The notes under the pieces: generated by a model | What the model was told of the DNA's origin: nothing | The model's input: only the letters and a program-made list of their open reading frames with translations | Database searches by the model: none | Program-made: the position numbers and the translations under genes | In this document: piece by piece, positions 16,368 through 25,093 of the stretch | Numbering within the stretch: the stretch's first letter is position 1 | How the letters are laid out: every line of letters begins with the position of its first letter | Assembly (NCBI GenBank): GCA_029977205.1 | Contig: JAPOLI010000001.1 | Coordinates: 35,540 to 99,539, forward strand | Source of the DNA: a bacterium | GTDB taxonomy: Bacteria; Actinomycetota; Thermoleophilia; Miltoncostaeales; Miltoncostaeaceae | Direction: 5' to 3' | Length of the DNA stretch: 64,000 nucleotides

Positions 16368-17873
16368 GTGCAGGAGACCTTGCTCCCAGCGCGCCTGCGC
16401 GCGATCCGCGCCCGCCTCCGGGCGAGCCCGCGGTGGCGGTGGATGGCGATGACGGTCGTGGCCGGGGGCATGATGCTGTCGGTCCTCAACATCAGCATCG
16501 TCAACATCGCGCTGCCGGACATCTCGCGCGACTTCGACGCGGACGTGTCGACGGCCGGGTGGGTCGTGACCGGCTTCCTCGTCACCCAGGCCGTGCTCCT
16601 GCCCATCGCGGGGCGCGCGGGTGATCTCTACGGCCGTCGGAGGATCTTCATCCTCGGGGTGCTGGTCATGGTGCTGGCGTCCGTCCTGTGCGCGCTCGCC
16701 TGGGATGAGCCGTCGCTGGTCGTCTTCCGCATCCTCCAGGGCGTCGGTGCATCGGCCATGGCGCCGACCGCGTACGCCTATGCGACGATCCTCTTCCCGC
16801 CGAATCAGCGGGGCCTCGCCATCGGGATCCTCACGGCCATCATCACGGTGGCCCCTGTCGTGTCGCTCAACATCGCGGGCGTGCTCGTGGGCATATGGGG
16901 CTGGCGCAGCGTGTTCTGGTTCACCCCGGTGGTGGGCGCGCTCGTGCTCATCGGCGCGGCGCTCGTGATGCATCGCCGCCCCCCCGGACCACCACGCCCC
17001 TTCGACCTCGCGGGCGCCGGGCTCGCGGCGCTCGGGCTCTTCCCGATCCTGACGGCGCTCACCAGCGCGTCGAGCTGGGGCTGGGGCTCGGGCAGGACAC
17101 TCGCCATGCTCGCGCTCGGCGTGCTGGGCCTGGCGTTGTTCGCCTGGCGTGAGTCCCGTGCCCCCGATCCGATGGTCGACCTCGGGCTGTTCCGACTCCG
17201 CACCGTGCGCAACCCGAACATCGCGGGGTTCTGCGTGGGAGCCACGATGTTCGGCACGCTGCTCCTGCTCCCGTTCTACTTCACCTCGGTGCTCGGCTAC
17301 AGCAACGTGATGCTCTCGCTCGCCATCACGCCCGTCGCGCTCTCGTTCATGGTGGGCTCACCGATGTCGGGCCGGCTCCTCACGCGCGTGGGGAGCGACC
17401 GCATGATGCGCACGTCCCTCGTCCTGGCCGTGGCGGGGGCGCTGGTTCTCGCATACGGGTTCGGCTTCGAGGCGTACTACGCGGTGCTGCCCGGGATGGT
17501 GCTGCTCGCGCTCGGGCTTGCGACATCCACGGCCCCCGTTACGACCACGGTCATCCATGAGGTGCCCGAGGATCGCCTGGGCGTGGCGTCATCGCTTCCG
17601 AACGTCTCGCGCTACTCCGGCGGGGCGCTGGGCGGGGCCCTGCTCAGCACCGTGGTGGCCATGACCATTCCGGCCAGCGTCACCGCCGAGGACGGGCTCG
17701 TCAGCGCACCGCTGCGCGCGCTCGTTGCCGACGGCATGCGCAACGCCCTGCTCGTGGGTGCGGGCATCCTCGTGCTCGGGGCGATCGCGGCATTCCGCGT
17801 GCCGCGCGTGATCGGACCCGGGGCCACGATCGCGGCGCGCATCCCCGGTACGGGGCCCGGCGGCGGCCGGTGA
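16368..17873 (+). CDS. MFS transporter, 14-TM DHA2 (EmrB/QacA-like) type
   Basis: LNISIVNIALPDI, GRAGDLYGRRRIF and FRILQGVGASAM motifs, about 14 TM helices. The true start could be the downstream MAMTV. Confidence 0.85.
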   Translation: MQETLLPARLRAIRARLRASPRWRWMAMTVVAGGMMLSVLNISIVNIALPDISRDFDADVSTAGWVVTGFLVTQAVLLPIAGRAGDLYGRRRIFILGVLVMVLASVLCALAWDEPSLVVFRILQGVGASAMAPTAYAYATILFPPNQRGLAIGILTAIITVAPVVSLNIAGVLVGIWGWRSVFWFTPVVGALVLIGAALVMHRRPPGPPRPFDLAGAGLAALGLFPILTALTSASSWGWGSGRTLAMLALGVLGLALFAWRESRAPDPMVDLGLFRLRTVRNPNIAGFCVGATMFGTLLLLPFYFTSVLGYSNVMLSLAITPVALSFMVGSPMSGRLLTRVGSDRMMRTSLVLAVAGALVLAYGFGFEAYYAVLPGMVLLALGLATSTAPVTTTVIHEVPEDRLGVASSLPNVSRYSGGALGGALLSTVVAMTIPASVTAEDGLVSAPLRALVADGMRNALLVGAGILVLGAIAAFRVPRVIGPGATIAARIPGTGPGGGR

Positions 17874-19069
17874 CACGCGGCTCGTACCTTGCCCTCGTGG
17901 CACTGCTGGTGTTCACGATGGGCACCAGCATCATCACACCGCTGCTCCCCCTCTACCAGGGCACCTACCACCTGTCGAACGGCGTGCTCATGCTGCTGTT
18001 CGCCACGTACACGGCCACGGTCGTGCCGACCATGCTGCTCGCCGGAAATGCCGCCGATCGCCTCGGCCGCAAGCGACTCGCGATCCCGGCCATGCTGGTG
18101 ATGACCACCGCATCCCTGGTGTTCTCGTTCGCCGAGTCGGTGCCGCTGCTGTTCGCCGGGCGTGTCCTCCAGGGCCTTGCCATCGGCATGTACCTCGGGG
18201 TGGGCACGGCGTTCGTCATCGACCACGCGCGACCCGGGGCGAAGGCTCTGGCGTCGATGACCGCGGGTGCGGCCTTCCGCATCGGCTTCGGGCTCGGTCC
18301 GCTCATGGGCGGCCTGATCGCGCAGTACTGGGGCAACCCGCTCCACCGCCCCTTCGAGTTCCACGTGGTGCTCATGGTCATCGGGCTGGCCTGCGTGCTC
18401 ATCGCCCGCGAGACCGTTCCCCGGCGGCCCTACAAGTTCGAGATGCGCGTGGGCATACCGGCGGGGCAGGGGCTGGGCTTCGCCGGCTTCATCGGGCCGG
18501 CCGCGTTCACCATGTCGTTCATGGAGGGCACCGTCCTCTCGCTCGTCCCGCTGTTCCTCTACAACACGCTCGGCGCGACGAACGTGGCCATCGCCGGCCT
18601 GTGCGGGTTCCTTGTCCTCGGCCTCGGAGGTCTCACCCCGATCCTCACGCGCAACGTCGACCCGCGGAAGGCGGTGATGATCGGGGTCGCGGTGTCGGCC
18701 GTGTTCACGTGGCTGATCGCGGGCGCCGCCTTCGCCGGCAGCGCCGTGCTCGTGGTGGTCGCTGCCGCCGCGCTCGGGTTCGTGAACGGCCTGATCCTGC
18801 AGGGCGGCACCGTGATCTGCGGCACCATCGTTCCGGTCGAGGAGCGCGGCAAGCTGATGTCGGCGCTCTACATGTGCGCATACGCGGGAACGGTCCCGAC
18901 CGTCGGCCTCGGGTACCTCTCGCAGGCCATCGGGCTCACCAACGCACTGATCGTGTTCAGCTGCATCGCGTGCCTGCTCGCCGCGTGGATCGTGCTCGTC
19001 GGCAGGCGCCTCTTCCCCCGCGTCATTCCGTACCGCGAGCCGATCACGATAGGTTCCCCCGCCTCATGA
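17870..19069 (+). CDS. MFS transporter, 12-TM type
   Basis: AADRLGRKRLAIPAM (motif A-like), RVLQGLAIG, 12 predicted helices. 4-nt overlap with the upstream MFS gene. Confidence 0.8.
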   Translation: MTRGSYLALVALLVFTMGTSIITPLLPLYQGTYHLSNGVLMLLFATYTATVVPTMLLAGNAADRLGRKRLAIPAMLVMTTASLVFSFAESVPLLFAGRVLQGLAIGMYLGVGTAFVIDHARPGAKALASMTAGAAFRIGFGLGPLMGGLIAQYWGNPLHRPFEFHVVLMVIGLACVLIARETVPRRPYKFEMRVGIPAGQGLGFAGFIGPAAFTMSFMEGTVLSLVPLFLYNTLGATNVAIAGLCGFLVLGLGGLTPILTRNVDPRKAVMIGVAVSAVFTWLIAGAAFAGSAVLVVVAAAALGFVNGLILQGGTVICGTIVPVEERGKLMSALYMCAYAGTVPTVGLGYLSQAIGLTNALIVFSCIACLLAAWIVLVGRRLFPRVIPYREPITIGSPAS

Positions 19070-20070
19070 CCGATCAGATCGCATCCATCCTCAAGTCGTG
19101 GGGTGAGCCGTCCTACCGCCTGAAGCAGGTGGACGACGCGCGGCGCTCCGGCGCGCGCGACTGGGACGACGTCACCACGCTGCCCAAGGACCTCCGCGCG
19201 CGACTCGCCGAGGTGGCCCCGCTGTGGACCGTGACGCCAGATGCCATGGCCGAGAGCCGCGACGGCACGATCAAGTGGCGCCTTCGCACCGGCGACGGCC
19301 TGGCGATCGAGAGCGTGCTCATCAAGCACGCCCGCGGCCGTCGCACGCTGTGCGTGTCGAGCCAGGCCGGGTGTGCCCTCGGATGCCGGTTCTGCGCCAC
19401 CGGGGCCATGGGACCGGGCCGCGACCTCACGGCCCGCGAGATCGCCGACCAGGCGTTCCTGGCTGCCGATGTCGCCCGCGAGGCCGATGCGCGTCTCAGC
19501 AATGTGGTGTTCATGGGCATGGGTGAGCCGCTGCAGAACACCGCGGCGGTGTTCGACGCCATCCGCGAGATGCACTCGCCCGATGGGCTCGGCATCTCGG
19601 CGCGATCAATCGCCGTGTCCACCGCCGGCTGGGTGCCGGGCATCGAGGAGATGGTCGCTTTCGAGGTGCCCGTGCGCCTCGCCCTCTCCCTCCACGCCGC
19701 CGACGACGACACCCGCACGGCGCTCATGCCCATCAACAACCGCTGGCCGATCGCGAATGTGCTGGCGGCGTGTCGGCGTTATGCCGACCGCACTGGCCGA
19801 CGGGTGTTCATCGAGTACCTGCTCCTCGACGGCGTGAACGACTCCGTCGCCGACGCGAACCGCCTTGCCAGCCAGCTGCGCGATGGCCGCTTTCACGTGA
19901 ACCTCATCGAGTACAACGCCACAACGGGCCAGTACCGGGGCTCATCGCCTGAGCGCGCCACGCGGTTCGCCGAGGCGCTCCAGGAGTCCGGGCTGCATCC
20001 GTCGTTCCGTCGATCGCGCGGAGCGGATATCGCCGCCGCGTGCGGTCAGCTCGCGAACACGCCGGCCTGA
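19066..20070 (+). CDS. rlmN: 23S rRNA/tRNA (adenine-C2)-methyltransferase, radical SAM
   Basis: ATG at 19066 overlaps the MFS stop. SYRLKQV, CVSSQAGCALGCRFCATG, GMGEPL, SLHA, NLIEYN and a C-terminal ...GADIAAACGQL are the RlmN signature. Confidence 0.9.
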   Translation: MTDQIASILKSWGEPSYRLKQVDDARRSGARDWDDVTTLPKDLRARLAEVAPLWTVTPDAMAESRDGTIKWRLRTGDGLAIESVLIKHARGRRTLCVSSQAGCALGCRFCATGAMGPGRDLTAREIADQAFLAADVAREADARLSNVVFMGMGEPLQNTAAVFDAIREMHSPDGLGISARSIAVSTAGWVPGIEEMVAFEVPVRLALSLHAADDDTRTALMPINNRWPIANVLAACRRYADRTGRRVFIEYLLLDGVNDSVADANRLASQLRDGRFHVNLIEYNATTGQYRGSSPERATRFAEALQESGLHPSFRRSRGADIAAACGQLANTPA

Positions 20071-20248
20071 CACCCCGGCGCCGCGGCGACCGTGGAACCG
20101 GGCGGGCCGCACATCAGGGTTGCGGACACTCGCCGAAGCGGGATCGGCATGTGCGGGGGCCGCACATGCATCATCCCCGGCTGCGATCTCCGCAACCCTG
20201 ATGTGCGGCCCGCCCTCCCGTGGCGCCGCGGCGCCGAGGTGTCAGGCC
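20064..20248. repeat. Long imperfect palindrome filling the whole rlmN/yciI-like convergent intergenic region; it includes a perfect 26-bp inverted repeat (20101-20126 and 20189-20214). Possible bidirectional terminator or MITE-like element.
   Basis: GGCGGGCCGCACATCAGGGTTGCGGA and its exact reverse complement lie 62 bp apart. The inner palindrome is GCATGTGCGG-ggg-CCGCACATGC. The outer arms ggcctgacacc(c/t)cggcgccgcggcg also pair and contain both stop codons. Confidence 0.6.
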
Positions 20249-20529
20249 TTCAGGGCCTCCGCGCCCGGCGCGGCGAGCACCACGTCGTACTCGCGCACGT
20301 CGTACTCGGCGACGCCCTCGGTGACATAGGGGTCGGCGGCGATCATGGCGTCCACCTCGTCGCGGGTAACTCCCACCGCGACCAGGAGGCCCCCCTGGAG
20401 GGGGACCTCCCGGCCTGCGGCAATGAACCGTCCGGCCTCCGCGTGCCCGCGCAGCCACGTGCGGTGGGCGTCGAGGTGCACTTCGACGTCATCCACGGGT
20501 GCGAGGTAGCGGCCGAGCAGCAGGAACAT
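20242..20529 (-). CDS. YciI-family (YCII-related) small protein
   Basis: 95 aa. The pattern MFLLLGRY...HLDAHRTWL...AGRFIAAG...GGLLVA...EVDAMIAADPY is typical of YciI-like proteins. Confidence 0.7.
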   Translation of the reverse strand: MFLLLGRYLAPVDDVEVHLDAHRTWLRGHAEAGRFIAAGREVPLQGGLLVAVGVTRDEVDAMIAADPYVTEGVAEYDVREYDVVLAAPGAEALKA

Positions 20530-20536
20530 CGCGCGG

Positions 20537-20995
20537 CTAGGCCCGGCAGGTGGCGAGCGACGCGATGAGGCGGTCGGCGTCCGGCATCTCGAGCGGGGCC
20601 ACCTGGTCCACGTCCACGATGATCCCGTTGGCGTCGATCACGTAGGTGCAGCGGCCGGAGAGCCCCGCCTGGTCCAGGTAGACGTCGTACAACTGTGCGA
20701 CGTCGCCCTTGGGGTGGAAGTCGGCGAGGAAGTGGACGTTGTTCGCCTTCATCTGCTCCTTGAAGGCGTTGAGCGTCCACTTGCTGTCGACGCTGACGCC
20801 GATCACCACGGCACCCTCGTAGGGCGAACCATCTGCCGCGATCGCCGTGAACCAGTCCGTGCATACCGGCGAGAACGCCACCGGATAGAAGTTGAGGTAC
20901 ACGGGCTGTCCGCGGAACTGGGAGAGGGTCACCTCGTCGCCGTTGCTGTCGGCCAGGGTGAAATCGGGTGCCTCGGCACCGATGTCGAGAGCCAT
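20537..20995 (-). CDS. Peroxiredoxin (AhpC/TSA family, AhpE/Bcp-like)
   Basis: APDFTL...FYPVAFSPVCT peroxidatic Cys motif, 152 aa. Confidence 0.85.
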   Translation of the reverse strand: MALDIGAEAPDFTLADSNGDEVTLSQFRGQPVYLNFYPVAFSPVCTDWFTAIAADGSPYEGAVVIGVSVDSKWTLNAFKEQMKANNVHFLADFHPKGDVAQLYDVYLDQAGLSGRCTYVIDANGIIVDVDQVAPLEMPDADRLIASLATCRA

Positions 20996-21173
20996 GGTTA
21001 CTCCTGCGAATTCGCGTCTTTACGGGGAATGACGCGGAGCGTACCGGGTGCGGTGTCGGGGCGAGCAGGGAAACGGCTGTCCACATCGAATGCGTGCGCG
21101 AAACCCCCTCGCGCGCTCGTCGCATGTCGCCTGGCATGCGGGCGACGCGGAGATCGTGACAAGGAGTCCGCTG

Positions 21174-21650
21174 ATGGACGAACGACGTGCCGCCGGCATG
21201 CTCATGGGCCTCACCTACGCCTCGGGCACCGCGGGCGTGGTCTGGGGCATGGGCGTGGCCTTCACGGCGAATCCGGACCTGCGGTGGCCATGCTTCCTGG
21301 CGGTGGGCATCTCGGGGATCCTCTCGTGGGTCCGCCACTCGGTCCTGCATCGGGGCGACGCCCTGCGCATGGGCTGGGACACCGGTACCACCAACCCGTT
21401 CCAGATCGAGGTCGGCCTGGCCAACCTCGCGTGGGGCCTCTTCGCCATCCTCGCCGTGCTGCTCTCGTGGGGACTCGCCGCCTATGCGGCGGCCTTCCTC
21501 GTGAACGGCATCTACATGGCGGCGGTCGGCATATACAAGGCGATCAGGGCAGCCAATGGGCAGCAGGACTGGCGCACCGTCTTCGCGGCGGCCTCGTGGG
21601 GCGTCGTCATGATCATCATCGGCGCAGCCGGGATGGCCGCGCTGCCGTAG
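21174..21650 (+). CDS. Small 4-TM membrane protein, unknown function
   Basis: ATG at 21174 preceded by AAGGAG (21161-21166). Hydrophobic helices. No family recognised. Confidence 0.5.
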   Translation: MDERRAAGMLMGLTYASGTAGVVWGMGVAFTANPDLRWPCFLAVGISGILSWVRHSVLHRGDALRMGWDTGTTNPFQIEVGLANLAWGLFAILAVLLSWGLAAYAAAFLVNGIYMAAVGIYKAIRAANGQQDWRTVFAAASWGVVMIIIGAAGMAALP

Positions 21651-21667
21651 GCGGCTCCGCAGACCGG

Positions 21668-21697
21668 GCCCGCGCGTCCCGGGCGGGGCGCGCGGGC
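21668..21697. terminator. GC hairpin between convergent genes (possible bidirectional terminator)
   Basis: gcccgcgcg-N12-cgcgcgggc, a 9-bp stem. There is no clear U-tract. Confidence 0.3.
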
Positions 21698-21725
21698 ATC
21701 CGGTGGCGCTGGCGGGGTTGGTGGG

Positions 21726-24149
21726 TCAGGCGGGGATGGCCACCGGGATGACGTCTGCGAGATCGCGGGCCAGCACCACGGCCACCTGCTCGCGGGCCTC
21801 ATCGGAGAGCTCCTCGAGCTGGTCCTCGTTGTCGGCGGGGATGATCACCGTGGCGATGCCCGCGCGAAGGGCGGCCAGCACCTTGTCGCGCACGCCGCCG
21901 ATGGGCAGCACCTGCCCTGTCAGGGTGATCTCGCCCGTCATCGCCACGTCTGCGCTCACGGTGCGTCCGGAGAGCGCCGACACCAGCGCGGTGGCGATGG
22001 TGATCCCTGCGGACGGGCCGTCCTTGGGGATTGCCCCGGCCGGCACGTGCACGTGGATGTCGTGCGCGCCGAAGAAGTCGTCGGCGAGGTCGAGCCCGAA
22101 CTCGCCCGCACGTGCCCGCACGCAGGTAAGCGCCGCCTGCACGGACTCGCGCATCACCTCGCCCAGTTGCCCGGTGACCACGAGCGAGCCCTTGCCGGGC
22201 ATCACGCTGGCCTCCACGAACAGGATGTCGCCGCCCGCGCCGGTGACTGCCAGGCCGGTGGCCACCCCGGGCTCGGCCGTGCGCCGCTTGGCCTCGGGGT
22301 GCACGCGCTCGGGGCCCAGCATCTCGCGTGCCTCGTCGGGGCCGATCACCCACGTGCCCTCACGCCCCTCCGCGATGTCCAGGGCCGCCCGGCGCAGCAG
22401 CGCGCCGATGCGCCGCTCGAGCCCGCGCACCCCGGCCTCGCGGGTGTACTCGGAGATCACCACATGGAGGGCGTCGTCGGTGATGTCCACGGTATCGGCT
22501 GGCACGCCCGTCGCCTCGAGTTGGCGCGGGATCAGGTACTGCCGTGCGATGTGCACCTTGTCGTCATCGGTGTAGCCCGAGAGGCTGATCAGCTCCATGC
22601 GGTCCAGCAGCGGCCGCGGGATGGTGTCGAGCACGTTGGCCGTGCAGATGAAGAGCACCTTCGACAGGTCGAGCGGCAGGTCGAGGTAGTGGTCGCGGAA
22701 CGTCGAGTTCTGGGCGGGGTCGAGCACCTCGAGCATGGCGGACGACGGATCGCCGCGGACGTCGGATCCCATCTTGTCGATCTCGTCGATCATGATGACC
22801 GGGTTCATGGACCCCGCATCGCGGATGGCACGGACGATGGTGCCGGGCATCGCGCCCACGTATGTACGCCGGTGCCCGCGGATCTCGGATTCATCGCGCA
22901 CCCCGCCGACGCTGATCCGCGCGAACTCGCGTCCGAGGGTGCGCGCGATGCTGCGCCCGAGGGAGGTCTTGCCCACGCCCGGGGGGCCCGCGAACAGGAT
23001 CACCGTGCCCGCGGCATCTCCCTTGAGGCGCGCCACCGCCAACTCCTCGAGGATCCGCCGCTTGACGCGCTCGATGTCGTAGTGGTCCTCGTCGAGCACG
23101 CGGCGCGCCCGGTCGAGGTCGAGGTCGTCCTCGGTCACGGTGCCCCAGGGGATGTCCAGGATCCAGTCGAGATACGTGCGGATCACCTGGTGCTCGGCCG
23201 ACTGGTCGGGGATCCGCCCGAGGCGCGTGAGCTCGCGCTCCGCCGCCTGGCGCACCTCGTCGGGCATCGCGCCCTCCTCGATCCGCCGCCGGAGCTCGTT
23301 GATCTCCGCCTCGTCGCCCTCGCCGAGTTCATCCTGGATCGCCTTGAGCTGCTGGCGAAGCACGAACTCGCGCTGGCCGGTCTCGATGTCCTGCTCCACC
23401 TCGGCCTGGATGCGCGCTCCGAGCTCCAGCACCTGCACCTCGCGGGCGAGGATCTCGCTGAGGCGCCGGAGCCGCAGGGACACGCGCACCTCCTCGAGCA
23501 GCTCCTGCTTCTCGGCCACGGGCAGGCGCAGCGATGAGATCACCAGGTACGAGAGCGTGGATGGGTCCTCCATGCTCGCCGCCGCCATCTGCAGCTCATC
23601 CGGCAGGTACGGGACGAGGTCGACCACCCGGGCGAAGGCCGCCTGCACGTTGCCGGCCAGCGCCTTGAGCTCGTCCGACTCCTCCACGATGTCGGGCATG
23701 GGCTCCACCACGGCGACGAGGAAGGGGTCGCGCGCGGGGTAGTCGGTGAGGCGCACCCGCTCGCCGCCGTGCACGAGCACGCGCATCGAGCCGTCGGGCA
23801 CGCGCAGCATCTTCTCGACGGTGGCCACCACGCCGACCTCGTAGAGGTCGTCGGGGGCGGGTTCCTGGGTCTCCGGGTCACGCGCGGTCACGAGCACCAG
23901 GCGCCGGACCTCCCGGTCCATCACGCCGTCCACGAGGCGGATGCTTCGCTCCTCGCCGATGGCGAGCGGCGCCACGGCATCGGGGAACACCACGGTTCCC
24001 TTGAGCGGCAGCACCGGCAGCTCGGCGGGCCACGAGATCTCCGGTGGCGGCGCCGACTCGACCGGCGTCACCATGACGTCCTCGGCCACCGTGTTGCCGC
24101 CGACCTCGACCGGGACCGCGGTGCCGCTCTCGTCCGGCTCGTCGCTCAC
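21726..24149 (-). CDS. lon: ATP-dependent Lon protease (LonA type)
   Basis: N-terminal LON domain (LPVLPLKGTVVFPD), Walker A GPPGVGKTS, and a proteolytic domain with PKDGPSAG. Confidence 0.95.
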   Translation of the reverse strand: MSDEPDESGTAVPVEVGGNTVAEDVMVTPVESAPPPEISWPAELPVLPLKGTVVFPDAVAPLAIGEERSIRLVDGVMDREVRRLVLVTARDPETQEPAPDDLYEVGVVATVEKMLRVPDGSMRVLVHGGERVRLTDYPARDPFLVAVVEPMPDIVEESDELKALAGNVQAAFARVVDLVPYLPDELQMAAASMEDPSTLSYLVISSLRLPVAEKQELLEEVRVSLRLRRLSEILAREVQVLELGARIQAEVEQDIETGQREFVLRQQLKAIQDELGEGDEAEINELRRRIEEGAMPDEVRQAAERELTRLGRIPDQSAEHQVIRTYLDWILDIPWGTVTEDDLDLDRARRVLDEDHYDIERVKRRILEELAVARLKGDAAGTVILFAGPPGVGKTSLGRSIARTLGREFARISVGGVRDESEIRGHRRTYVGAMPGTIVRAIRDAGSMNPVIMIDEIDKMGSDVRGDPSSAMLEVLDPAQNSTFRDHYLDLPLDLSKVLFICTANVLDTIPRPLLDRMELISLSGYTDDDKVHIARQYLIPRQLEATGVPADTVDITDDALHVVISEYTREAGVRGLERRIGALLRRAALDIAEGREGTWVIGPDEAREMLGPERVHPEAKRRTAEPGVATGLAVTGAGGDILFVEASVMPGKGSLVVTGQLGEVMRESVQAALTCVRARAGEFGLDLADDFFGAHDIHVHVPAGAIPKDGPSAGITIATALVSALSGRTVSADVAMTGEITLTGQVLPIGGVRDKVLAALRAGIATVIIPADNEDQLEELSDEAREQVAVVLARDLADVIPVAIPA

Positions 24150-24595
24150 GCGTCACCCCGGACGTTCACGCGCACCGTCTCGGGCCCCCGTCGTGGAGAG
24201 AGGGGGAGCGTGATCGTGAGCATGCCGTTGTCGTAGTCGGCCGTCGCGGCGTCCACGTCCACGGGCGCGCCCACGCGCAGGCGCCGCTCGAAGCGGCCCC
24301 ACTCGATCTCGGCGTGCTGGTAGACGCGCCGCTCACCGGTGGGCCGCCGGCGCTCCCCGCGCACCACCAGCAGGTCGTCATCGAGCTCGACGCTGATCGC
24401 GGTGGGATCGACGCCGGCGACGTCGAGCTGCACGACGACGCGCGGCGGGTCATCTGCCAGCCAGACGTCCGCCATCGCCCGCATTCCCGCAGCACGCGGT
24501 GCACGCCCCCCGCCTGCGAGCTCCGCGAACATCCGGTCGAGCTCATGCTCGAGGCGCCGGTACTGCACCAGCAGGTCCTCCTCAGCCCTTCCCAT
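24146..24595 (-). CDS. Hsp20/alpha-crystallin small heat-shock protein
   Basis: The alpha-crystallin domain pattern is DV.E.....VV.LDVAGVDP..I.V......L.V.GER...........E...G.F.R...V. The stop overlaps the lon start. Confidence 0.9.
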   Translation of the reverse strand: MGRAEEDLLVQYRRLEHELDRMFAELAGGGRAPRAAGMRAMADVWLADDPPRVVVQLDVAGVDPTAISVELDDDLLVVRGERRRPTGERRVYQHAEIEWGRFERRLRVGAPVDVDAATADYDNGMLTITLPLSPRRGPETVRVNVRGDA

Positions 24596-24652
24596 TCACA
24601 CAGGGTACCGGGGGGCCGAGCAGCGGCGGCGGCCACCGGTAGGGTAGGACCC

Positions 24653-24868
24653 GTGAGCGCCCCGGATCGCACCCGACGCCGCAATCCCGCCACGCCGCCT
24701 GTGGGCGGATGGGGCTTCGGCGCGGCGGGCATTCCCGCAGGCTTCTGGGCCGGGCTGTCGGTGCTCCTCGTGGTGGTGGCGATCGTGCTGCTCGCGGTCG
24801 AGTACACCGGCTACGGCGCGCTGCTCCTGATCCTCGGCCTGGCCGCCGCGGTCAACCTGATCCCGTGA
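24653..24868 (+). CDS. Small hypothetical membrane protein (2 TM)
   Basis: GTG at 24653, high GC3, hydrophobic core WAGLSVLLVVVAIVLLAV...ALLLILGLAAAV. Weak evidence. Confidence 0.4.
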   Translation: MSAPDRTRRRNPATPPVGGWGFGAAGIPAGFWAGLSVLLVVVAIVLLAVEYTGYGALLLILGLAAAVNLIP

Positions 24869-25038
24869 TCGACCCCGGGGCGCTGGCCGAGGCCCTGCGC
24901 GCGGCCCGGCCGGACGCCGAGCCGGGGGAGATCCCGCCCGATGAGCTGGACGACCTCGTGCGCGAGGTGGGTGGCGATCCCGCTGACCACGACATGGTGG
25001 GGCGGGCCCTCGTGGAATGGGAGCGCATGCTTCCCTAG
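24865..25038 (+). CDS. Small acidic hypothetical protein
   Basis: GTG overlaps the previous stop (GTGA), high GC3, 57 aa. No family recognised. Confidence 0.3.
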   Translation: MIDPGALAEALRAARPDAEPGEIPPDELDDLVREVGGDPADHDMVGRALVEWERMLP

Positions 25039-25093
25039 CCCGGGGCGGCGGTGCCCCGCGCCCGTGCGGGCTGCGGGTCGCGTGCTGCGGGGA

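Noticed and set aside
22047-23537. 496-aa + strand ORF inside lon
   Set aside because: It is an antisense shadow ORF. Lon on the minus strand is unambiguous.
24596-24652. CIRCE (HrcA) or HAIR (HspR) heat-shock operator upstream of hsp20-lon
   Set aside because: Neither TTAGCACTC-N9-GAGTGCTAA nor CTTGAGT-N7-ACTCAAG, nor any close variant, is present in the 57-nt leader.
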